The notes under the pieces were generated by a model. That model made no database searches and was not told where the DNA came from. It saw only the letters and a program-made list of their open reading frames with translations. Both the position numbers and the translations under genes were made by a program. A DNA stretch of 64,000 nucleotides from Phoronis australis (taxonomy: Eukaryota; Animalia; Phoronida), in the NCBI GenBank assembly GCA_002633005.1, contig NMRA01000256.1:468120-532119 (forward strand), read 5' to 3'. Positions 51,481-61,834 of the stretch are shown piece by piece (the stretch's first letter is position 1; every line of letters begins with the position of its first letter).

Positions 51481-52824
51481 AGTTGTAGGATCGTATCGAC
51501 AACTCTGTAGATTTACCCAAATATGTACAGACTGTGAAATTTAACTCAGCAAAAGTAAATACTTTCTGCAAGAACAAATTCCGTAGAATTCGATTTTTGA
51601 CTTTGTAACAATACTCGCTAATCAGGTCACGTCACTTTGTTTTTTTAGGAATCTTTAGCAAAAAAGGAACAATTTACCTGACATGCATGATAGCAAGTAT
51701 AATTTTCTGTGATGGCTGCCTCGATTTGTATAACTTATGCAAAATCATCGACGTATCCACCTCCAAAGCAGCAACATTATGTCCACTGACCATAGAAACA
51801 TGGATGAAAACATCAAATTATCCTACCTGCAATTCTTGAAATGGAAGTTATATGCAAAAACAGAATGTTGCATAATGGCGGACTTAATTTGCATATTTAA
51901 AAATGCTCAAGGTTTTCAAGATTGCAACCCAGTTAACATACTTCAGGAGGGAGCAGCAAGACATGAAACAACTGAACAACTTTATACTGTACAACCAAAA
52001 ATTTCTAGGTCCTCATTTCTGGCTACTATGTATACTAAAAGAACATTCATATCCTGACCAAATTTCTAACGACATAAATGTTCACGATGAAATCTCAAAA
52101 AGCCGGTTACATTTTAGTTTGATACAACCTTTTCTAAAAAATCACAAAACTCCTATTTTTGATAGCTCCTCATGCAAAAGTAGAATAACTTAAAAACAAT
52201 CCCCAACACACTTGTAGAGAACAGTGTATCAAGCACACCATCTGAAAGTTGCATGTAAATCTGATCAGCCATTTCTGAAATATAAAGTTCCAAAGTTGGC
52301 CAAAATTGAACATTTTTGTAAAAAAACGTCCAAATTCGGCTAATTTCAAAACATCATATTTCAGAAATGTCAGCTCAAATTCATATGGAAATTTTACATA
52401 CTGTACTTTATGGTTCTCCAAGAAGGCTAATAGCAAGTGTTTTTAATATGATCCGCTTTAGCAAGGGAATCTACCAAAATAAAACTTATGATTTCTTCGA
52501 AAAATAAAAAGCGAAGTTGTATAAAACGAAAACGGAATGTAAGTTAGAAAACTAGGTTCAGAGAATTCATTTATACGCCATTTGGTTATGTTTTTGATGC
52601 TTTTGTTTTGCTTTGGATGTCCTTTACCTTTGGACGTATTTTATTAGAAAGATATGACCACGTGACCAGATCACTTTCAGATTAGTATAAAGCCAAAAAT
52701 CCAATACATGTACTACAGACTTTCTACTTTCAGGAAACATACACAATTACTGAGTTGAATTTTAGACTTTTGTAGGCATAATTGGATGAATACACAGACA
52801 TGTCAATACCATCCTTCATAACCT
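51481..52824. mobile_element. near-complete foldback (palindromic) element, ~1 kb, interrupted by an insertion at ~51700-52037
   Basis: Left end ttaa|agttgtaggatcgtatcgac versus right end gtcaataccatccttcataacct; ttttagtttgatacaac versus gttgtataaaacgaaaa; catttctgaaatat versus atatttcagaaatg; centre near 52320. Confidence 0.6.
51700..52037. mobile_element. DNA-transposon terminal fragment (ends ...tctggctactatgtatacta; Academ-like TAG terminus, tentative)
   Basis: Breaks the colinearity of the foldback arms; superfamily assignment from recollection of termini only. Confidence 0.3.
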
Positions 52825-55119
52825 GCATGGTTTAGAGTCTTAAACATATGTTTTAAACAGGGGTAGTTTCGCACTCGTCAAAACCGATGGGGGCGTGTTT
52901 GGCTAGCCCCTTGTAAATATTACTACACAAATAGAAAGAGACTCGCGTAAGTAGTCCAGATCAGTTTCTTTGCGCAACACATTCTGGTGCGGCTGAATTC
53001 TAACTGAGACAAATTAGTAGCGTACACGCAAAAGCCAACGTTGGATCGTTTTAAGCAGGCATGTAGAAGGACTGTGAATAGTGATTTCATTTGACTTGTA
53101 CTGTTATTGGGGAGGGGATTTAGACATCAAAAGGTCGTGATTATGAGAGTAAAGTCAATCTGCATAAGCAAATTACACCGATGTCACTTTGATGTCAAAA
53201 ATATTGAAAATTACTAATTAATAAATTTCCGACTACACTATAGTCCTCATTTAACTATATTTATTCAAATTTCTACAAGGCGCGGAAAATTTGCAACGTG
53301 GTCCTCAACAGAAGCCATCGATACGTCAACTAGATGTGGTTGACTGTAACACTGTGTTCTCCGGTAGTGGATCGGTCCAAGTTATTTTTTGTGAAACCGT
53401 CGATCGGGGCTGAGTCACCGTGTTTCGCTTGGAACATGTGGCGACATCGTGCGTCTTGCGTGATCTGGTGAACTTCGGAGAATTGTTTGTCAAATAAATA
53501 AACATTTCACACAAGCCGTGTTTGACATGAGACCTCTGCAAACATAATGAAGTAAACACCAAGCAAATTTAGTTTAAATATCAAACAGAACGAAAACGAG
53601 TGTTCGATAAAAACGAATTTGACGTCTATTGGAGTTCCTTAATGGCAATGGTAAAGTCTGCAATTGCTAAAAGAAAGTTTTCCTGGAATTTCAGTTTTAT
53701 TTAAAGAAACATGTAATAGAATTCAGGGGACTTCGTACACGGCAAACGTTATGGATTAGTGGTGCTGAAGTAATTTTCATAAGCATTTTGGAACAGTTGT
53801 CGGCTGGCAAACACCCGGAGACTGTCTAAGGACACTGTTTAATAATGAAAAAGTGGGATGTGTCAGATATGATAGCAAGTCTATAAAGCGAATCAGGAGT
53901 TACTTGTTAATTGTTTTGAGTAAGAGAAGACCAGAAATTTGACCAATTGGTCTATTTTACAGGATCCTGAAATCCGGTATACTTCGGAGCACTTGAGGAA
54001 GAACTTTTGCAGCAAATACACCTACCTTTAGAAAATGTGGTTGGGCATAACATATTTTGACCTGTATTTATGAAATTTGCAGTGCAAGAGCATTGAAATT
54101 ATTGCCTTCACTGTGATACCAAGGCAGTCGTAAATTTGTCGTTTTGTTGAGAAGGGTCCCAAAATCGCAGATTATTGGTCATGTTTTGACATCTCGATTT
54201 TTACGTTGTCGTACATGTAGCCAGACAAAAAGACGCAGCTTTGTTGATTTGTGTTTATCTTTGAGGAACCTATTGAGTGTGCTTTCTCGTAAATTATGAG
54301 TTTTTCGTCTCCTGGAAGTGAAAGAAGAACAGGTTTTTGCTGAACAACACTAGCCACATGACATTAGTTTAGTGTTTGGCTGGAACGTTTTTTCTCTTAT
54401 TGACGTTCATGTTTACTTGTTAGTCTCAAGAGCACATTCTTATCGTTCTTACCTAAGGACATTTTTGGAAAGGAAGGAAGAGATGTAGTGTTTAAGTTAG
54501 TGGACAGTTGTCGCTGTAGTCAGAAGTCAACCATGTTTATGAATACACGTTTTGTTGTGTTCATCATCTGTGTTATCTCCGTGATTACTATTCTACAAAG
54601 TGTTCAAACGCAATTAAAAAATGCAGTTTCCAGACAGCGTCCCAAATTTTATCACTGCTTACCTCAAAATGCACGCAAGCACCGATGAACGTACAAACTA
54701 GAAAGCAACGAGTCCTTAACATTTCAAGTATGGTTTTTTTTTCTGCATGTCATGTTTTAATTTTTTGTTAATCCTGTAGTTTAGAATGAGAAATCTGCCA
54801 GTTATGATAAAAGGTATGCACCTAAATGGCGGAGCGAGGGCATCCGGCTCGTTAATTTTCGTAGGAGTCGAGATATTTCATAGGGGATTTTACAATTTTC
54901 ACAATTTAGGCGTGTTAACATGAATGCTGGGCCAATCTATTGGTAGCTTAAGCCTGTTACGGTTGTCACGTTAAATTTGTGTTTAAAATTATTAAAGGAA
55001 TTCTCCTTTATGACCGTCAGTTTTTTGAGCACCTTGAAGCAATCTCTCCAGGCAGTCGAATTCATATGTAGATAATTGTACATACACAAAACGTACCGAG
55101 AGTGGCGTACATGAAGTAA

Positions 55120-55210
55120 TATCCCACGAGACATTATTCCGCGTATCGACCGAGACCGAAGGTCGAGGTCGATACGCGGAATAAGGTCGAGATTCAACGC
55201 GCGTGGGATA
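55120..55210. other. GC-rich hairpin (18-bp perfect stem, inner gacc-gaa-ggtc), Crypton-like palindromic end
   Basis: ttattccgcgtatcgacc (55134-55151) / ggtcgatacgcggaataa (55167-55184); outer tatcccacg/cgtgggata. Confidence 0.7.
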
Positions 55211-55211
55211 A

Positions 55212-55834
55212 ATATAGATTATTACATGGCGAAGTCGTTATCCCCCGTTATCTAGAGCCCTCGTGGATTTTGGAAAATTATCGCCCGTGGGACGTTAGCC
55301 CCGAGGGTGATAATTCTCCAAAATCCACGAGGGCTCTAGATAAGGGGGATAACGGCTGAGAACACGCAATAATCTATTTATACCACATACTAAACGAGAA
55401 ACATTGCAATGAATCGATCTACCTTTCTCGACTCGCCTCGGCTTTGTAACTACTTTCTACGTCAGAGGCCCGGGGTCGGAGGTCGTGACCTTTAAGAAAA
55501 GCCGGGCCATTTTTGTCAAATAATGCTTTTACTCAAAACCAATTGAAAACTTAAATATAATAGAAATAAATTGAATTTATAAATTAAGGTTAACCAACTA
55601 TTATAGCCGTGGAGTCAGAAAAGGTAAATCGATTCATTGCAATGTTTCTCGTTTAGTATGTGGTATAAATAGATTATTACATGTTCTCAGCCATTATCCC
55701 CCTTATCTAGAGCCCTCGTGGATTTTGGAGAATTATCATCCTCGGGGCTAACGCCCCTCGGGCGATAATTCTCCAAAATCCACTCGGGCTCTAGATAACG
55801 GGGGATAACGACTTCGCCATGTAATAATCTATAT
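55212..55834. mobile_element. 623-bp element with ~220-bp TIRs, each containing a ~160-bp hairpin
   Basis: atatagattattacatggcgaagtcgttatccccc... / ...gggggataacgacttcgccatgtaataatctatat; within each TIR, ttatctagagccctcgtggattttgg pairs with ccaaaatccac(ga/tc)gggctctagataa. Confidence 0.9.
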
Positions 55835-56745
55835 GTATCGCATAAAAACTCCACGTTTCCGAAGTACTGCTAGACAGTGATTTTAAAAAAAAGTTTTTGG
55901 AATTCTTCTGGTGAAAACGTCAACCTCTTTGCTATCACAGCACCATCGGGTGAGTCTTGTTCACAAACACTGGTCTTCAAGCTTGCCAACTCAAACTTAG
56001 CTGTCTTCCTATTTCGATCAATGTGATTGAACGTATGATCTTTGTCTCACATTCTTGGTTGTTCCAACTACATGCCTCGATGCTGTGGTACGTTATGGGC
56101 GATTGGAAACACTATCTGCTTCCACGCGACAATAGGAGCTCTCTTTTTAACCCAAATTGTCTCTCGTCTGTATATATTGCTGCCAAAACGATTTCTTAAA
56201 GTGTAAGTTAAGTAAATAACGAACACATAATGTTTCTCACTATGATTTACCAAAACCCGAAATGATTGCTTTTTTCATAAAAACATGGCTATTTTACGTC
56301 ATTAACCACAACACCTGCCACGTTCAGATACAATGTGTTTATCAGAAGGTGAATAGGACGTCTGATGACGGTGCTGAAATGTGATTTTTCAGACGGCGGA
56401 CAAAACGTTTCGTCAGCCGCAAATTATCACTAAAACATAAATATTTCGAAAGTTTCAACCATATTTGTGTTTGTCTTATGCTACTATTAATTTTATTTTT
56501 TAAAGTGGGCGGGTTGTTTTCCGTGAAAACGTCATCATCTATGGTAGATGTTTAGTGAGCACCCATATCGCATGGATCAGGACAGGTGTCACACTACGGC
56601 GGCCGTTTTAAATGGTGGTTCACAACCAAAAATAAAAATCAAGCTAGAAAATCCATACATGTACATGTATATGGAGTTGTGTAGAATGGCCATTATTTGA
56701 GCTACGACTGAGCTTACCTGTTTTACAAAGTTTTTAGCTAAAATG

Positions 56746-56809
56746 AAGCGGTATTAGTCCCTTTAAAGCGGTATTAGTCCCTTTAAAGCGGTATTAGTCC
56801 CTTTAAAGC
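56746..56809. repeat. 20-bp tandem repeat x3
   Basis: aagcggtattagtcccttta. Confidence 0.9.
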
Positions 56810-58783
56810 GCAATATGTAGTTGGTGTGAAATGCAACGTCAATAGTCTCGGTAAGAGCCCATCATCTCCGGTCTGCAAACCGCCGCTCAACTAATCACAA
56901 AATTTGTATATATCAGTCCAACGGTATTTTCGTAAAGCGACTTGTGAAAAGCTTCATATCACGCAGCTGCTCACAATTCCGTTTGATTGAAACGCGTTTG
57001 GAAGCGCATAGTTAAAACAAACACTAAACACGAGCAACACTTCCAGGAAATCGTTTTGAGAAACAACACACCTGATGTCCATTTTCAAACAACAGGAGAC
57101 AGATTTCGTTGAGCATTAAAACAAAAAAAAAAACCTATCGCGCCTACTCTCAATAACGTCTAATTCAAAGGAAAACAAATCAGATTTGACAAGCGCACCT
57201 TCGATTACATTTGTAGTAACTACACTGTACAGTGGCGTAAGTTTAACATTATGCGGGACAAACAACTAGAATGACTTGTTGGAAGTATCGTGAAAATTCG
57301 ATGTGCTAGACTGCTAATTTTGACATGCGACAAATAAAAGGTTGTGTTGAATTTGAAGCTATATAAATTTAAGAAATAAAACATATACGTTGCTAAGAAC
57401 AGTAGAAATGCTTGTTGTAAGCGATGAATACCAGAGCTTTATGGAGGAAATAACACGTTAGCCTGTCCCAAATAAACGCAAATATACCGTAATCTCAACG
57501 TAGTGCTAAGTAAAAAGTCTCCGACAATATCGTGTCATGTGTGAAACGTGGATGATGTAATTTATAATACAATATAATGTAAAATGAACGGGTTCGAAAA
57601 ACGTAAAAAGATCATTTCGATTAGAATTGATACTGTACACCGAAGACCACTAACATAATATTCCGGGTAATTGTAGGAACACGATACCTCATAAATGGCT
57701 GATCGGATTCAGTTTCTGCGACAACTGTTGATTTTTGCAAACAGGTTTTTAACGAGTTCATAGACCGGTAAATTACAACATCTTATGAAAGAAACATAAG
57801 GTAGGAACAACACTTGGCGCATCCACCATTGACATTTTTTGCCAATTTCTTGGTGCCAGCATTGCACCTTAAATTCAATAATACAAGTTTGTTTGGTTTA
57901 CAATGATGGATTGCACAATAAATAGGATTTTGTATAGTGACACTTGCATCTGCACGTGAAGAAGCAAGGCAAGGGGCTGATATGCGTATTGCATTGTGGG
58001 TAAATACTTAAAAATGAAAGTGATGGAATGCTACTTAGGACAAGCCTTTTGCTTTTATTACTCAAGACGAAGCCGAATTGTCTGTCGCTTGAAGTGATGC
58101 TACAACCGGTACGTTTACTGAACTCGTGTACTTACACGGCGTAAAGGTTATTATGTAATGGGAAGTGGAAATGACAGACAAAATTTCTGAGTGTTTTTAA
58201 GTCAAAAGTTACTCTTTAACTTAATGGAACAGAGCCGTGGCGATATCAAACGGGCGTTTTATCTGAAATTATGATCAATTTGGAACAGATGCTGTGCAAC
58301 GAAAATTGGAATCAATGATTTTTACATGAGTCATGCGAACCATGGTAACCTTTCTCCAAAAGATTACAAGAGATAATGCTAGAACAAGAAGTCGTGACGA
58401 TTTATCCATAGAATGCGAGGTATCTTCTGCAAGATTCCGTTTTTCTCTTATTTCACATTCATGACTGTTTATCGATTCGCTAGTTCAGTTTTAGCTATGT
58501 TCGTAAGATCGGAAATTACTTGGATTTAATCAAATTTATTTACAAAAGTGCACAATGCGAAGAAATTAGAGCACAGTAAAATTAAGTCCACATTCTTACT
58601 TCCTACTCCCTGACAAAGCTTCAGATGTAATGTGCTGTATTTTCGCCGGAGGAAAACTGATTACCAATCGGGGAAGAGTACTGGCATACAAAAAGTCAAT
58701 GTTAATATATGAAAGACCTTTTGATTACTATAATCTGCTACAGACGGCTACGAGCAGAGTCCTCACTAAGACACCATCGCTAA

Positions 58784-58945
58784 CAGGGGCGGATCCAGGA
58801 TTTTGAGTTGGGGGGGGGGGNGGGCAGAGTATTAGCCAGGATTTTACCCGTCAGATATTCTCACTGCCAAACTGCCAAATGGAATCTGTGAGAATTTTAG
58901 GGGGTGGGGGACATGGCCCCCTTGGCCCCTCTAAATTCGCCACTG
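58784..58945. mobile_element. 162-bp hAT-like MITE, 5-bp TSD (GCTAA)
   Basis: gctaa|CAGGGGCGGATCCAG ... CTAAATTCGCCACTG|gctaa. Confidence 0.75.
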
Positions 58946-59704
58946 GCTAAAGCACACTCTGATTCTTTAAAGCCAATAAAACAAGAAAACCGTTCTGAGC
59001 AACAGTCTTGTAACAGAATGTGTTAAATCGTGAGGTTAGCCAACGTTTAAACGAAATGAATTTTAAGAATAATACTCCGCCAAAGAAATTTAGCGACGGC
59101 AGACACTACTTTCGCTAACGGAACTGTCAAAGTGTTTGCAATTTGTCAACTGACGAAGTACATGTATCAGTGTTTAAAGTTATTGTACTTCCCTCAAACA
59201 GATTTGTTTGCCGGGTGTGATGGTCGGTTTACTGATAAGAAACTATATGAGTATTGTCTTGAGGCATTCTTGATCGTTCTTTAATGTAGTGTCCAAGTAT
59301 ATCAATGCTTATTCACATACCCGCAACAAATCAAAATACTTTGAAAGGCCTTGAACAAGTAAGCTAGATGCATGACGCGAGGAAACATGATTAAATTATT
59401 TATTCGACCACCAGTAGTTCAAGTGAACACCGAACGTAATTAATAAGAAAGTAATTGTCTGTTAAAGGCGAAGGCAACATTTTCTTCATGTCATTTTCAG
59501 TAAAAATAGTGTTCGTTAATTACAGCTTTTCGTAATTTAATTAATTACTCGTCGCCTACTCCGGAGGTGACGCTTAGGGAGTCAAGAATTTCGCGCCATT
59601 TGTTTTCATATGGTCTGGCTGTGTGAACTGTCGAGTCAGTCATTGTTCTACCTCGGTTGTGATAAGTTCGGTCGTCGTTTGCTTTTGTTCACGAGTCATT
59701 CGAA

Positions 59705-60052
59705 ATGCCGCACAGTTGCTGGGTACCGCGATGTACTCATTATCTTCTCACACGCACTCTGGGTGTACCATTCCATCGCTTTCCGAAAGATGACACACTT
59801 CGCCGTACTTGGCTAGTTCGTGAAAAGAACGTAGCGTTGCCCGTCCACGCAAAGTAGAGAACAGTGGAGATTTACCGAGTGTGTGGCAAGCATTTTTTGC
59901 CGTCAGATTACGAAAGAGATATGTACGCTGAAATGATGAAGGTCCTTGCAAAACAACGCCTGAAGAAGGGTGCCATACCGTCGCTGTTGATTCCTGGCAG
60001 TGCCCCGTTGCCACCCGCGAGAAGTGCATTTTTGAAGCGAGAAGCCTCGTGA
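59705..60052 (+). pseudogene. THAP zinc-finger domain, N-terminus of the transposase ORF (frameshifted)
   Basis: MPHSCWVPRCTHY..GVPFHRFPKDDTLRRTWL / YRVCGKHFLPSDY..RLKKGAIPSL: full C2CH signature, FP, W and AVP-like box. Confidence 0.88.
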
Positions 60053-60394
60053 GCTGTGGGCACTACAATGACTGGAGGTACTTCATCTACTGTCGCTCGT
60101 GCCTCCGAACGTACCCCAGAGCGTGTAATCCTGGGAACTAGCAATGATTCGCCTTGTGCTGTTGTCTCTAGCCCAGAGCCTGTAAGCAACCCTGCATCGA
60201 TGTTGAGTAGTGGGAGTGAATACAGGCCCAATTAGACACAGAGTGAGGACAGTTCGTCGTCCAGTGAACAGACCGGTGAGGCAAGTTTATTGTGGACTTG
60301 TTTAAAGTATTGGAGGAGTTTAGAAGGTGTCAGTGTACGTACGCGTGGCGAGGAGTCACAATGGCGGTATGTAAGCGGTTTGGGTGCTCAGGTC

Positions 60395-60735
60395 GCCATC
60401 CAGTGGGAACACCATGGACATTCCATTGAGGTTGGCATAACAGTGCACATCGTGCATTTGCACCAAGACGTCCTCAGTCTCTGCCTTATTCCTCTCAACC
60501 GCTGCCTGTGCCTGAGCGAACTCTGCCTCATTATACTCGGGCTCAAACATATACCCACTCACTGACTGTCCGTGAAAAAATCCTCGTCACCACTGCTATG
60601 AACAATGTCTCCGTCACTCACGCATAGGCGGCACACCATAGATGGCTGGGGGCTATAGCCCCACTTTTTTCAGTGCTGCGCCGCCCATGTCCTGTCACTG
60701 CGGTCACTGTGATGTGGGTCGCCGACTCCAGCCAT
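60395..60735 (-). pseudogene. Cys-rich KolX / P2X7-C-terminal-ballast-like ORF relic
   Basis: After removing the MITE and one 5-bp TSD: MAGVGDPHHSDRSDRSDGDIVHSSGDEDF / GYMFEPEYNEAEF / WCKCTMCTVMPTSMECPWC (60465-60409); two frameshifts. Confidence 0.65.
60623..60689. mobile_element. 67-bp MITE (deletion derivative of the 39606-39731 family) inserted in the KolX-like ORF
   Basis: Reverse complement reads catgggcggcgcagcactgaaaaaagtggggctatagcccccagcc...tatggtgtgccgcctatg. Confidence 0.8.
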
Positions 60736-61369
60736 TTTCAGGTTACTACAAACTAAATAATCCCTAAATCCAACGTAATTGACGTCTCTATCAACCTAGC
60801 TTGTCGTAGAATACTCATCGATGGGAAGAAGTGACGGCAACTTTAGAAAAACAGCACGAAAACAACAATAGTACAGATCCTCACAGTAACCTAGAGCGCC
60901 GAACCAAATTGGCCCGTAATTCTTGACTCCTTAAACGTCACTTCCCGAGTAGGGAACGAGTAATTAATTAAATTACGAAAAGCTGTAGTTAACTGAAAAT
61001 TATGTCTGGGATAATCAACGAACCTTATTTTTACTGAAAATAATATGAACAAGGTTGCCTTCGCCTTTAAGCTGTTTCGCATTGCTTGTTTCGAGCATTA
61101 GGACATACATTGGCACTAAAAGGGTTTGGAAGAAAAGAACGCACATAGAGAAAAATTGCAGTTGCTGAAAACCCACGTATCCATAATAAATTTTCAGTGA
61201 GTGGGGCAAGAACTGTAATCAGAAACAATGCAAAATCGTACGTTCGTGAACGTGACACCGACAGTCTACATGACTACCTGGCGAAGAAGCCTCAGAAAAA
61301 TACAGGATACCGCAAAAAATTTCGTCTGCAGGTGGCACGACGAGACTTTAAGGCTATATAGAACCCTCG

Positions 61370-61834
61370 AAAATTGTTGAATTTGGCAAACTTTGGAGCA
61401 TCATATTTCAGAGAAGGCTGACCGTATTCATGTGGAACACCATACTTAAGGCACTGTTCTCCAATATGGTGATAGAAGTTGTTTTCAAAAGTATCCACTT
61501 TTGCAAAACACAAAACTGGCATAAACACAAAACGAAATGATAATTTAGAAAATTGGAACATCGTTTTTAGACTTGATCTTATACATTCATATCAAACAAA
61601 ATGTGGTTATGTTATTGATAGCATTATTTTGCTATGGGTGTATCTTTCCTTTTTGGTAAATTTTGCTAAAAAGACATGGTCACGTGATACAGTTAATAGC
61701 AGCCTGGTATGAAGTCAAATTCTACTGGCTTTCTACGTTCAGAGAATATATACTTGCACCAAGTTAATATCTATAGTGTTGTAGATATTTGGCTCAGTAC
61801 CCCGAAAGGTCGATAATGTCCCACATAACCGTAA
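61370..61834 (+). mobile_element. arm of the foldback repeat family
   Basis: catcatatttcagagaagg ... aaaacgaaatga ... catggtcacgtgat ... ctttctacgttcagag ... cacataaccgtaa. Confidence 0.6.

Larger units (their letters stand above)
59466..61066. mobile_element. Kolobok-like DNA transposon derivative (1.6 kb) with ~140-bp TIRs, TTAA TSD and two convergent gene relics
   Basis: TTAA|AGGCGAAGGCAAC ... GTTGCCTTCGCCT|TTAA; inner TIR tacagcttttcgtaatttaattaattactcgt / acgagtaattaattaaattacgaaaagctgta; ggagtcaagaatt/aattcttgactcc. Confidence 0.88.

Noticed and set aside
57900-58420. Coding-like base composition with many stops (also ~53780-54130)
   Set aside because: No recognisable protein motif in any frame; needs BLASTx.
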